Shown: positions 42,401 through 55,600 of the stretch, piece by piece
How positions within the stretch are numbered: the stretch's first letter is position 1
How the letters are laid out: each line of letters begins with the position of its first letter
Source of the DNA: Rebecca billardiae RCC1528
Lineage: Eukaryota; Protista; Haptophyta
Direction of reading: 5' to 3'
DNA: 64,000 bases
Assembly: GCA_965240325.2 (NCBI GenBank)
Contig: OZ251228.1
Span: 3,013,874-3,077,873 of the forward strand
The notes under the pieces: model-generated
Databases searched by the model: none
What the model saw: only the letters and a program-made list of their open reading frames with translations
Told to the model about the DNA's origin: nothing
Made by a program: the position numbers and the translations under genes

Positions 42401-45400
42401 GGCTAGGTGGCGCAGCACTGCATGTTTGTGTGCGGGCAGTCGGGCCACTTGGACGGCCGAATTGGTGGGTGAACGGGCCACGCCAGCGAGGGCATCCCCG
42501 CTGGCAGCAAGGGCGGCCTAGTCAGGCGGCTGGAGCGTAGCCAGGCAGCCGCGCCGAGCAGCGCGTCGCGGCTGCCGGTGGCGCGGCTCTCGCGCAGTGG
42601 GGCTTGTGTGTGTGAGCCCGCGTCACGCTGTGCGCGCTGCCGCCGCACCAGGGCCGCCGTGGCCGCGCCGCAGCTCGAGCTTGGCGCCCGCTGAGTGCTG
42701 CTGAAGCCTAGTAGTGCTGAGTGGGCTCGGACGCAAAGCCAGCGCCCCAGAGGCGGGCCGCGCGGCAGGGAGCTCGGAGGACGCGCAGCCGTCCCAACGC
42801 CTGGGTCGAAGCTGCCCCCGCCCCGCCCCCCATCTTACTCCTCGCCCAACCTGCACCTGGTGCGCGTATAGTGAGCGGCAGCCGCTGCGGCGACCAGGCC
42901 CGGCACCGCGCGTGAGCGCAGCAAGCTCTCTGCGCACTGCCGCCCCGCGTACGCGCCCACTGCGTCGCCGCTGGGTGCGGCCGAGACGAGCCCCTTTGAG
43001 CGTGACCATCGCGGGTCGTCAGCGGTGGCGAGCGTCTGCTGGCGAGCCTTGGCTGCATCGTGCGCGTCGTCTAGCCAAGCAGCCATCACCCGCGCCCGCG
43101 CCCGCCGCCGCCATAAGTAGCCGCAGTTGCCGCTCGCCGCCTGCGCTGAGTGCTCCGACCACTTGACAGCTGCTGGCCTCTGCCTTCCGGCTGGCAAGGT
43201 GCGACGACGAACCGCGGCGCAGCACGCGGCGGTCCAGCCGAGCGCGAAGCGTAGAGCCCAACGGGCTGCTCGCGTGAGGGCGCACGCGACGACTACGAGC
43301 CAGGCTCTGGCGGCGGCTGCAGGACAGAGGCTGCGTCCGGAGCCGTGCCGACTGGCGCAGCCGGCGAGCTCGCGACGCCGTGCGGCTCGGCTGGTCAGCT
43401 CGTCGGACCTGGGCGCCGCACGCGGCGGCGCAACCGAGATCGAGGCGTGGCGCCCCGCGGCGTGCTCGCGCGCGCCCGCACGGGCTGCCCGCGCCCCAGG
43501 TTCGACCTGTCGAGGCCGCACCGACGCTGCGCCGGCGGCAGCGCGCGCGTGGCCGCCACCGGCCGTGCCGCCCGTGGGCGCGATGGCAGGCGATGGCAGC
43601 ACGTGGGTTGGGCCGCGAGCCAACCGAGCGACCGCAGCGCATGCTAGGTCGGCGGCGCGTGGCGCGAGCGCGTCGCGGCGGTGTCTGGAGCAGCGCACCA
43701 GCCCAGCCTGCCCCCGCCCCCGCGCCCCCATCCTCCACCTCGTCCGAACTGCCTCTGGTGCGCGCCATCACGGCCGCGCTGCGCACGCTGCTGGGTGTCG
43801 CTGCTCGCGCACGCGCCTCGCTTCGAGGGAGAGCGGCCGTCCCTTGCCTTGGCGCGTGGTTGTCGGGACGTCTGTCGGGCGTGTCCACACGCGTTATCCC
43901 GCCCGAGCGCGCCGGTTCGCAGCGCGGCGCGCGCCCACGGTCGGCTAGCCGGCTGCGGTGGCGGGCGCGCGTACGCGGCGGTTCGCGTGAGCCTTCAGCT
44001 GACGGCGATGCGGAATCAGCTGCTCCAACTCGCTGCATGGCTGACCGTCGAGGGCGTCGGCTCGGTCGGTTGGAACGCGTCTCTAGAGGCGGATCCACCC
44101 GGCACTTCAACTCGCTTTGGTGCACTGATTCGCAGCGCGGCGCGCCCGCGCTCGGCTCGCCGGCGGTGGTTGGATGCTCATGCTGCGACCGCGCGGCGTT
44201 GCGCGTGAGGCATCCGTTCGCGGCGAGGCGGCGTCCGCTCTAACTGGTGGCGTGGCGGACCGTCGAGGGGGTCGGGTCGCTCGAACGCGTACTTAGAGGC
44301 GCATCCACCTGGCGCCTCGACTCGCTTTGCTGCACTGATGATTCGCGGCGCGGCGCGCGCGCGGTCGGCTCGCGGGCGGTGGTTGGGCGCTGCGACCGAG
44401 CGGCCGTGCGCGTGAGGCCTCAGCTGACGGCGAGGCGGCGTCCGCTCTAACTGGTGGCGTGGCGGACCGTCGAGGGGGTCGGCTCGGTCGGTCGGAACGC
44501 GTCTTTCGAGGCCGATCCGGCGCCTCGTCTCGCTTTGGCGCACTGATGATTCGCAGCTCTGCACTCGCGCCGTCGGCTCGACAGCGGTGGTTGGGCGCTG
44601 CGACCGCGCGGCAGTGCGCGTGAGGCCTCCGTTCGCGGTGAAGCGGCGTCCGCTCTAGCTGGTGGCGTGGCTGACCGTCGAGGGGGTCGGCTCGGTCGGT
44701 CGGAACGCGTCCTTAGAGGCCGATCGACCTGGCGCCTCGACTCGCATTGGTGCATCACTGCTTCTTTTGCAGCGCTGCGCTCGCGCGCGGCCGGCTCGTG
44801 GGCGGTGGTTGGATGCTGCGACCGCGCGGACGTGCGCGTGAGGCCTCCGTTCGCGGCGAGGCGGCGTCCGCTCTGACCGACGGCGTGGCTGACCGTCGAG
44901 GGGGTCGACTCGGTCGCTCGGAACGCGTCTCTAGAGGCGGATCCACCCGGCGCTTCAACTCGCTTTGGCGCACGGATGATTTGCAGCGCGGCGCTCGGGC
45001 GGGCGGCTCTCGGGCGGTGGTTCAACTGGTTGGGCGCTGCGACCGCGCTGCGGTGCGCGTGAGGCCTCAGCTCGCTGCGAGGCGGCATCCGCCCTGACAA
45101 GCGGCGTGGCTGGCCGTCGGAGGACTCGGCTCGGTAGGTTGGAATGATGATGCTGCTTTCGAGGCGGATCCAGCCATAGCTCGTCATCTGCTCCCCCGAG
45201 CGCACCACTACCGATTTGAAGCGCGGCGCGCGCCAGCTATGCAGTGCCACGACCGTCTTAGCGCCTCGCCCTGGTCAAAGCTGCCCCCGCCCCGGCCCCC
45301 CATCTTACGCTTCGTCCAAATTGCACCTTGTGCGCGTAGTGAGCGGCAACCGTGTGCCGCTCGCCCAGCGCGCGCAAGCTGGATGGCGATCGCCGACCGA

Positions 45401-48400
45401 CGACTGGTGGTTGCCCCCGCGCTGCCTCGCATATGCCAAGCACGCAGCAGGCGGCAGGGCACGCGCGGCGGATATGCGGTGGAGGGCGCTTGGCCGGGTG
45501 CGCACGAGTAGGGTGGCATATATGCGCGCGTCTGACGCGCGACAGCCCACATGGTGCAGGCTTCTCGCCGACTCGCGCCGCGCACGCCGGCAGCACGCGA
45601 GCCTGGCGACAATCGGCTGGCCGCGAGCCATCATACGCTGCGGGGCTGCACGGTGCACCCGCGCCGGGGGCTGCGAGCGTGCACGGAGAGGGGCCGAAGC
45701 GCACGCGCGCTGCCCGCACCACACGCGCCTGCCGACCCGTCCTGAAGCCCACCTCTGCGCCCGGGTGCGCCGCCACGTGCGGTGCAACGCAGGCGTGGGA
45801 TCGGAACCATCGCCGCACGCGCCAGTGGTGATGATGGCACCAGCTGACGGCCGCCGGCCAGGCCACGTGCTCTGTCGGGGCCGGCGCGGACTACGGCGGT
45901 GCGGTGCCGCTCTGTACTACCGGTAGACCGAGTCTGGCTCGTGGGGTGCGGCACCCGGCCCCTCCTGGGCGCGCCCCAGCGTGTACATCTTACCCGCCAG
46001 CACAACTGCCACTCGGCTGGCGCGGCCGAGCGCTGCGCCGACGCGCGGCCGCTGGGGGCGTCGGCTGAGGGCGCGCCCCAACCCAAGCGGCGGTGCAGTG
46101 CCACTCTATACTACCGGTAGACTGAGGCTGACAGGTGGGGCGTGGCACCAGGCCCCTCAGGGGCGCGCTCCATCTGCGTGCACATCTTGCCCGCCAGCAC
46201 AACTGCCACTCTGCTGGCACACATCGCGCGTATGCGTGGTACCCAGCTAAACCGCGAGATGGCGCGCCCGCTGCTGCGACCGCGTGACGGCGGCCCTGTC
46301 ACTCGTCGCGTGCGCGGCGCTGGCCCCCGCGCGCGCGGTCGCGCTCGGTGCCCGACAGCGCGTGTCGCGCTCCGAGCGCTCGCCGAGCGAAGCGGCGCGG
46401 GCCGCGTTGGGGCGGAGCCTCCATGCAGCCTCACACTGCACGCGAGCTGAGCCGATGCGCTCGCGCCGCGTCCGCTCTCCCTCGGTGCGCTTGACCCCAG
46501 CTGCGGCGGCGGTCGCAGCCGCGCGATGTGCCGAGCAGCGCGTCGCGGCGCTTGGCGACGCGCTCACCGCCGCGCGCCCCTGCGACGGGCGCGTCCCGCC
46601 GCGCGCGAATCGCGCCCCACGAGGCCGCCGCGGCCGCACCGCGCTCGCTTCGAGCCGGGGCGCGCTGGGCGCAAGCGTCTGCTGGTTCCCGCTGCCGTTG
46701 CCGCGCGCCGCGCCGAGCAGCGCGTGACGCCGGCCGATCGCGCGGCTCCCGTGCCGTGACACGTTTGCGTCCACGTCCCACCGCGCGCACGCGCGCTCCG
46801 CCGAGGCGCCAGCGGCCGCGCCGCGCTTGAGCCGAGCGCGCGGCGCGCGTCTCGCCAAGGGCTGCTGCTGCGGGCGGCTGCCAGGTGCTGCCCCGCGCGG
46901 GCCCGCGCGCCAGGCAGCTGCGGGCGGGGAGCGCCGCAGCCGTCCCAGCGCCTCGCCCTCGGTCGACGCTGCTCCCCGCCCCGGCCCCCCATCTTGCTCT
47001 TCGTCCAACCTGCACCTGGTGCCCGCAGTGAGCGGCAGCCGCTGCGTCGACCAGGCCCCGCACCGCGCGTGAGCGCCGGCTCCCGGCGTACGGCCGCTCT
47101 CCGCGTGCCGTCTGACAGCCGCCTCGGGGTGTGTGTGTGGGTTGGGCGCGGCGGGTCGGTGACGACGGGCGTCTGCTGGCGAGCCTTGGCTGCAACCTGC
47201 GCGTCGTCTAGCCAAGCAGCCTTCACCCGCGCCCGCGCCCGCCGCCATCTGTAATCTCAGTTGCCGCTCGCGCACGGCCCGTGCCGAGTGCTCCGACCGC
47301 GCGGCAGCTGCTGGCCTGGTTGGCGAGGTGCGATGAGCTGCGGCGCAGCACGCGGCGTTCAAGCCGAGCGCGAGGCGTGCCCCCCCCCCCGGGCTACCCG
47401 CACGAGGGCGCACGCAACGACCTCGAGCCAGCCTCTGGCTGCGGCTGCAGCGCCGAGGCCGGTGCGTCCGGAGCCGTGCCGGCTGCGCCGAGCGCGCGAT
47501 GTCAGGCGCGCCCGCGTCCAGTGCGGCTCGGCTGGGCTCGTCTGACCTCGGCGAAGCACGCGGCGCCGCGGCCGAGGTCGATGCGTGGCATCCCGCGACT
47601 ATGCCCGCGCGCGCCCGCACGGGCTGCCCGTGCCCCAGGCTCGGGCTGTCGCGGCCGTACCGATGCTGGGCCTGGGGCAGCGCGCGCGGCCGTCGCGGGC
47701 TGTCCATCGCGCGCCCGCGCGGGCGCGACCGCAGCGCGTGGGGCGGTGCGAGCCAGCCGGGCGACCGCAGCGCGTGCTGCCCGGAGGCGCGTGGCGGGAG
47801 CGCGCCGCGGACGTGGCTGGCGCCGCGCACCAGCTCAGCTGCCCCCGCCCCGCGCCCCCATCTTCCACCTCGTCCGGGCCGCCTCCCGTGCGCGCCATCA
47901 CGGCCGCGAGCGGCCTACGGGCCGAGCTGCTGCATGCCGCTGGTCGCGCACGCGCCTCACGTCGAAGGCGCGGCCGCCCCGTGCAAGGACGCGTGCACGG
48001 GGCGATCGAGACGAGCACACCCCAGCGCGGTCAGCGCGGGACGGCAGTGGCGAGCAGCAGAAGAGCAGTCTCTATGTTGGACGGCCGCGCACGCCGCCGG
48101 GCCGAGCTCTGCGCGCAGACTTGGCGGCTGTTCACGCGTTGCTGACGGGCACCGCGCACTGTGCGGCGTCGTGCAAGCGACGGAAACGCGAGTGCATCCC
48201 CCCAGTACGCGCGCTCGACCGCTCGGCAGTGCACCCGCGCGGCCGCGTGCGGCCGGCTGCATTTACATGGCAGCGCGGCCGAGCGAGGGGCGGGCAGTGC
48301 GCTCGCGCCGCCGCGCACGGTGGCGATGGCAGCGCGTGGGACGTGGTGAGCGGCGCTCTGGGCACGTGCTTCGACGGCGCGTGGACCCCCTCGCGCACCA

Positions 48401-49680
48401 CTGCACCGGCGTACGCGCGCACGCGACGCGCACGACAGCCGCCTTTGGCGGACGGCGTGGATGGAGTGCGGCCATGCTGGTCTTTGAGGCCGGATTTCTC
48501 GTCGCTTGGGATTGGTACCAAATCTTTTTTCCGACGCCACCGACGACCGTTGGTCGTGGCAGCGCCGAATTCAGCATGGCCTCTCCCCACACGGGAACGA
48601 GTCTGCATCCCGCGGCGCGATGGGCGCGAGCCCGCGTCGCACGGGGCGGTCGTGCGCCCGGAGGTACGCACGCGGAGCGCCGTATCCGCCCCTGCGCCTC
48701 GCACCAGCCCAAGGCGGCCTCCGCCCCCGCCCCCCCCCGTCTCACTCGTCGTCCGACCTGCGGCTCCGGCTAGCCGCATTGTGGGCTCTCCAACAGCTGC
48801 GCCCGGCGGTTCGGGCGGGGGATCCGCGATGCTGGGCGTCCGCCTCGGCTAGCCGTCGATGCATCGTGAGCGTTGTCTCGTCGGCAGCCGTCACCCGCGC
48901 CCGCGCACGCCGCCGCCATTTGGAGTCTCAGTCGCTGCTGCCTGCGAATAGTGTGTCCCGCTGACCAGTCGGCAGCTGCCGCTGGCTTCTGCCTTTCTGG
49001 CTGGCTCGGTGCTGTTGCGCCAAGCGTGGCGCAGCACGGCATGGCTGTGCGCGGGCGGTCGGGCCACTCGGACGGCCGAACTGGCGGTTGAACGGGCCAC
49101 GCCTGCGAGGGCATCCCAGCGTGCAGCAAGGGCGGCCCAGTCAGGGCGGGAGCGCGGCCGCGCCGAGCGGCGCGTCACGGCTGCCAATTGCGCGGCTCTT
49201 GCGCTGTGGGACGTGTGTGTGAGCCCCGCCGCGCACGCTCCTGCGGCGCCGAGGCTGCCGCTCCGCGCCCGAGCAGATCGCGCTGCGCGCGCGGCGGCGC
49301 CTGCCGTGCGCTGCTGCTGTGGCAGCTACCGCCAAGCGCTGCTGGCTGGGCCGCACTGGAGAGGCGGGCCGCGCGGCCGGGCGCTGCGGATGTGGAGCGC
49401 CGCAGCCGGCCCAGCGCCTCGCACCGGTCGATGCTGCCCCCGCCCCGGCCCCCCATCTTACCCTCCGTCAAGCCTGCGCCTGGTGGGCCGCGTAGTGAGC
49501 GCGGCAAGCATCAGGGCGCTCCCCATCGCGCGCGAGCGCAAGCTCATCTGCGCACGGCCGTCCCTAACTGCGGTGCGGTTGGGTGCGCGCGCGCCTCGCG
49601 TCGAAGGAGCGGGCTCGGCTTGCAGCGGCGGCCGAGACGAGCAGTGTCGATGCACTGTCGAGCGAGACCATCGCGGCGGC
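39470..49680. repeat. Gene-free block of decayed nested repeats, including a diverged duplication of about 40545-42620 at about 47165-49225 and a third partial copy at about 43030-43830
   Basis: Long collinear matches at an offset of about 6.6 kb. The motif ctgcccccgccccggcccccatct recurs near 40118, 42812, 45281, 46970 and 49434. No ORF has recognisable protein motifs. Confidence 0.85.
44030..45180. repeat. Diverged tandem repeat, unit about 207-221 bp, about 5.5 copies
   Basis: The anchor accgtcgaggg..gtcggctcggtcg..ggaacgcgt appears at about 44044, 44259, 44466, 44674, 44892 and, degenerate, at 45113. Confidence 0.85.
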
Positions 49681-52600
49681 CGCGTTAGGAGAGAAATCGG
49701 GTTCAGCCGCTGGCGAGCGGACGGATCGTCGGCAAACGCACCCTCTTGCAATGCGTCAGCGGGCGTGCATGCTTGTCTGGCCCCTGCAGCCTCGGTGGCG
49801 GACGCGCACTGCCCGGCGAGCCCCTGCGGCACAGTGCGCGACCTGTGGCGGGCGACTGGGCCGCGTTAGGAGAGAAATGGGGTTCAGCCGCTGGCGAGCG
49901 GACGGATCGTCGGCAAACGCACCCTCTTGCAATGCGTCAGCGGGCGTGCATGCTTGTCTGGCCCCTGCAGCCTCGGTGGCGGACGCGCACTGCCCGGCGA
50001 GCCCCTGCGGCACAGTGCGCGACCTGTGGCGGGTGCGTGGGCCGCGTTAGGAGAGAAATGGGGTTCAGCCGCTGGCGAGCGGACGGATCGTCGGCAAGCG
50101 CACCCTCTTGCAATGCGTCAGCGGGCGTGCATGCTTGTCTGGCCCCTGCAGCCTCGGTGGCGGACGCGCACTGCCAGGCGAGCCCCTGCGGCACAGTGCG
50201 CGACCTGTGGCGGGTGCGTGGGCCGCGTTAGGAGAGAAATGGGGTTCAGCCGCTGGCGAGCGGACGGATCGTCGGCAAACGCACCCTCTTGCAATGCGTC
50301 AGCGGGCGTGCATGCTTGTCTGGCCCTGCGCAGCCTCGGCTGCCCACGCGCACTGCCCGGCGAGCCCCTGCGGCACAGTGCGCGACCTGTGGCGGGTGCG
50401 TGGGCGGCGTTAGGAGAGAAATGGGGTTCAGCCGCTGGCGAGCGGACGGATCGTCGGCAAACGCACCCTCTTGCAATGCGTCAGCGGGCGTGCATGCTTG
50501 TCTGGCCCCTGCAGCCTCGGTGGCGGACGCGCACTGCCCGGCGAGCCCCTGCGGCACAGTGCGCGACCTGTGGCCGGCGACTGGGCGGCGTTAGGAGAGA
50601 AATGGGGTTCAGCCGCTGGCGAGCGGACGGATCGTCGGCAAATGCACCCTCTTGCAATGCGTCAGCGGGCGTGCATGCTTGTCTGGCCCTGCGCAGCCTC
50701 GGCTGCCCACGCGCACTGCCCGGCGAGCCCCTGCGGCACAGTGCGCGACCTGCGGCGGGCGCGTGGGCCGCGTTAGGAGAGAAATAAGGTTCAGCCGCTG
50801 GCGAGCGGACGGATCGTCGGCAAACGCACCCTCTTGCAATGCGTCAGCGGGCGTGCATGCTTGTCTGGCCCCTGCAGCCTCGGTGGCGGACGCGCACTGC
50901 CCGGCGAGCCCCTGCGGCACAGTGCGCGACCTGTGGCCGGCGACTGGGCGGCGTTAGGAGAGAAATGGGGTTCAGCCGCTGGCGAGCGGACGGATCGTCG
51001 GCAAACGCACCCTCTTGCAATGCGTCAGCGGGCGTGCATGCTTGTCTGGCCCCTGCAGCCTCGGTGGCGGACGCGCACTGCCCGGCGAGCCCCTGCGGCA
51101 CAGTGCGCGACCTGTGGCGGGTGCGTGGGCCGCGTTAGGAGAGAAATGGGGTTCAGCCGCTGGCGAGCGGACGGATCGTCGGCAAACGCACCCTCTTGCA
51201 ATGCGTCAGCGGGCGTGCATGCTTGTCTGGCCCCTGCAGCCTCGGTGGCGGACGCGCACTGCCCGGCGAGCCCCTGCGGCACAGTGCGCGACCTGTGGCG
51301 GGTGCGTGGGCCGCGTTAGGAGAGAAATGGGGTTCAGCCGCTGGCGAGCGGACGGATCGTCGGCAAACGCACCCTCTTGCAATGCGTCAGCGGGCGTGCA
51401 TGCTTGTCTGGCCCCTGCAGCCTCGGTGGCGGACGCGCACTGCCAGGCGAGCCCCTGCGGCACAGTGCGCGACCTGTGGCGGGTGCGTGGGCCGCGTTAG
51501 GAGAGAAATGGGGTTCAGCCGCTGGCGAGCGGACGGATCGTCGGCAAACGCACCCTCTTGCAATGCGTCAGCGGGCGTGCATGCTTGTCTGGCCCTGCGC
51601 AGCCTCGGCTGCCCACGCGCACTGCCCGGCGAGCCCCTGCGGCACAGTGCGCGACCTGTGGCGGGTGCGTGGGCCGCGTTAGGAGAGAAGTGGGGTTCAG
51701 CCGCTGGCGAGCGGACGGATCGTCGGCAAACGCACCCTCTTGCAATGCGTCAGCGGGCGTGCATGCTTGTCTGGCCCCTGCAGCCTCGGCTGCCCACGCG
51801 CACTGCCTGGCGAGCCCCTGCGGCACAGTGCGCGACCTGTGGCCGGCGACTGGGCGGCGTTAGGAGAGAAATGGGGTTCAGCCGCTGGCGAGCGGACGGA
51901 TCGTCGGCAAACGCACCCTCTTGCAATGCGTCAGCGGGCGTGCATGCTTGTCTGGCCCCTGCAGCCTCGGTGGCGGACGCGCACTGCCCGGCGAGCCCCT
52001 GCGGCACAGTGCGCGACCTGTGGCGGGTGCGTGGGCCGCGTTAGGAGAGAAATGGGGTTCAGCCGCTGGCGAGCGGACGGATCGTCGGCAAACGCACCCT
52101 CTTGCAATGCGTCAGCGGGCGTGCATGCTTGTCTGGCCCCTGCAGCCTCGGTGGCGGACGCGCACTGCCCGGCGAGCCCCTGCGGCACAGTGCGCGACCT
52201 GCGGCCGGCGACTGGGCGGCGTTAGGAGAGAAATGGGGTTCAGCCGCTGGCGAGCGGACGGATCGTCGGCAAACGCACCCTCTTGCAATGCGTCAGCGGG
52301 CGTGCATGCTTGTCTGGCCCTGCGCAGCCTCGGCTGCCCACGCGCACTGCCCGGCGAGCCCCTGCGGCACTAGTGCGCGACCTGTGGCGGGTGCGTGGGC
52401 CGCGTTAGGAGAGAAATGGGGTTCAGCCGCTGGCGAGCGGACGGATCGTCGGCAAACGCACCCTCTTGCAATGCGTCAGCGGGCGTGCATGCTTGTCTGG
52501 CCCCTGCAGCCTCGGCTGCCCACGCGCACTGCCTGGCGAGCCCCTGCGGCACAGTGCGCGACCTGTGGCGGGTGCGTGGGCCGCGTTAGGAGAGAAATGG

Positions 52601-55600
52601 GGTTCAGCCGCTGGCGAGCGGACGGATCGTCGGCAAGCGCACCCTCTTGCAATGCGTCAGCGGGCGTGCATGCTTGTCTGGCCCCTGCAGCCTCGGCTGC
52701 CCACGCGCACTGCCTGGCGAGCCCCTGCGGCACAGTGCGCGACTGGCGGCGGGCGCGTGGGCGGCGTTAGGAGAGAAATGGGGTTCAGCCGCTGGCGAGC
52801 GGACGGATCGTCGGCAAGCGCACCCTCTTGCAATGCGTCAGCGGGCGTGCATGCTTGTCTGGCCCCTGCAGCCTCGGTGGCGGACGCGCACTGCCCGGCG
52901 AGCCCCTGCGGCACAGTGCGCGACCTGTGGCGGGTGCGTGGGCGGCGTTAGGAGAGAAATGGGGTTCAGCCGCTGGCGAGCGGACGGATCGTCGGCAAAC
53001 GCACCCTCTTGCAATGCGTCAGCGGGCGTGCATGCTTGTCTGGCCCCTGTAGTCTCGGTGGCGGACGCGCACTGCCCGGCGAGCCCCTGCGGCACACTGC
53101 GCGACCTGCGGCGGGCGCGTGGGCGGCGTTAGGAGAGAAATCGGGTTCAGCCGCTGGCGAGCGGACGGATCGTCGGCAAACGCACCCTCTTGCAATGCGT
53201 CAGCGGGCGTGCATGCTTGTCTGGCCCTGCGCAGCCTCGGCTGCCCACGCGCACTGCCCGGCGAGCCCCTGCTGCACAGTGCGCGACCTGTGGCGGGTGC
53301 GTGGGCCGCGTTAGGAGAGAAATGGGGTTCAGCCGCTGGCGAGCGGACGGATCGTCGGCAAACGCACCCTCTTGCAATGCGTCAGCGGGCGTGCATGCTT
53401 GTCTGGCCCCTGCAGCCTCGGTGGCGGACGCGCACTGCCCGGCGAGCCCCTGCGGCACAGTGCGCGACCTGTGGCCGGCGACTGGGCGGCGTTAGGAGAG
53501 AAATGGGGTTCAGCCGCTGGCGAGCAGACGGATCGTCGGCAAACGCACCCTCTTGCAATGCGTCAGCGGGCGTGCATGCTTGTCTGGCCCTGCGCAGCCT
53601 CGGCTGCCCACGCGCACTGCCCGGCGAGCCCCTGCGGCACAGTGCGCGACCTGTGGCGGGTGCGTGGGCCGCGTTAGGAGAGAAATGGGGTTCAGCCGCT
53701 GGCGAGCGGACGGATCGTCGGCAAACGCACCCTCTTGCAATGCGTCAGCGGGCGTGCATGCTTGTCTGGCCCCTGCAGCCTCGGTGGCGGACGCGCACTG
53801 CCCGGCGAGCCCCTGCGGCACAGTGCGCGACCTGTGGCGGGTGCGTGGGCCGCGTTAGGAGAGAAATGGGGTTCAGCCGCTGGCGAGCGGACGGATCGTC
53901 GGCAAACGCACCCTCTTGCAATGCGTCAGCGGGCGTGCATGCTTGTCTGGCCCCTGCAGCCTCGGTGGCGGACGCGCACTGCCCGGCGAGCCCCTGCGGC
54001 ACAGTGCGCGACCTGCGGCCGGCGACTGGGCGGCGTTAGGAGAGAAATGGGGTTCAGCCGCTGGCGAGCGGACGGATCGTCGGCAAACGCACCCTCTTGC
54101 AATGCGTCAGCGGGCGTGCATGCTTGTCTGGCCCTGCGCAGCCTCGGCTGCCCACGCGCACTGCCCGGCGAGCCCCTGCTGCACAGTGCGCGACCTGTGG
54201 CGGGTGCGTGGGCCGCGTTAGGAGAGAAATGGGGTTCAGCCGCTGGCGAGCGGACGGATCGTCGGCAAACGCACCCTCTTGCAATGCGTCAGCGGGCGTG
54301 CATGCTTGTCTGGCCCCTGCAGCCTCGGTGGCGGACGCGCACTGCCCGGCGAGCCCCTGCGGCACAGTGCGCGACCTGTGGCCGGCGACTGGGCGGCGTT
54401 AGGAGAGAAATGGGGTTCAGCCGCTGGCGAGCAGACGGATCGTCGGCAAACGCACCCTCTTGCAATGCGTCAGCGGGCGTGCATGCTTGTCTGGCCCTGC
54501 GCAGCCTCGGCTGCCCACGCGCACTGCCCGGCGAGCCCCTGCGGCACAGTGCGCGACCTGTGGCGGGTGCGTGGGCCGCGTTAGGAGAGAAATGGGGTTC
54601 AGCCGCTGGCGAGCGGACGGATCGTCGGCAAACGCACCCTCTTGCAATGCGTCAGCGGGCGTGCATGCTTGTCTGGCCCCTGCAGCCTCGGTGGCGGACG
54701 CGCACTGCCCGGCGAGCCCCTGCGGCACAGTGCGCGACCTGCGGCGGGCGCGTGGGCCGCGTTAGGAGAGAAATGGGGTTCAGCCGCTGGCGAGCGGACG
54801 GATCGTCGGCAAACGCACCCTCTTGCAATGCGTCAGCGGGCGTGCATGCTTGTCTGGCCCCTGCAGCCTCGGTGGCGGACGCGCACTGCCCGGCGAGCCC
54901 CTGCGGCACAGTGCGCGACCTGTGGCCGGCGACTGGGCGGCGTTAGGAGAGAAATGGGGTTCAGCCGCTGGCGAGCGGACGGATCGTCGGCAAACGCACC
55001 CTCTTGCAATGCGTCAGCGGGCGTGCATGCTTGTCTGGCCCCTGCAGCCTCGGTGGCGGACGCGCACTGCCCGGCGAGCCCCTGCTGCACAGTGCGCGAC
55101 CTGTGGCGGGTGCGTGGGCCGCGTTAGGAGAGAAATGGGGTTCAGCCGCTGGCGAGCGGACGGATCGTCGGCAAACGCACCCTCTTGCAATGCGTCAGCG
55201 GGCGTGCATGCTTGTCTGGCCCCTGCAGCCTCGGTGGCGGACGCGCACTGCCCGGCGAGCCCCTGCGGCACAGTGCGCGACCTGTGGCGGGTGCGTGGGC
55301 CGCGTTAGGAGAGAAATGGGGTTCAGCCGCTGGCGAGCGGACGGATCGTCGGCAAGCGCACCCTCTTGCAATGCGTCAGCGGGCGTGCATGCTTGTCTGG
55401 CCCCTGCAGCCTCGGTGGCGGACGCGCACTGCCAGGCGAGCCCCTGCGGCACAGTGCGCGACCTGTGGCGGGTGCGTGGGCCGCGTTAGGAGAGAAATGG
55501 GGTTCAGCCGCTGGCGAGCGGACGGATCGTCGGCAAACGCACCCTCTTGCAATGCGTCAGCGGGCGTGCATGCTTGTCTGGCCCTGCGCAGCCTCGGCTG

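Noticed and set aside
49681-49861. Monomer as a hammerhead ribozyme, 5S, tRNA, U6 or 18S fragment (atgcttgtct and tggcccctgc resemble short 18S and U6 words); TTAGG as a telomere seed
   Set aside because: The matches are only about 10 nt. There is no CUGANGA/GAAA core on one strand, no cloverleaf or Pol III boxes, and only one TTAGG per monomer.
39441-49869. ORFs in the decayed repeat block
   Set aside because: Reading frames are not conserved between duplicated copies, and there are no recognisable motifs.
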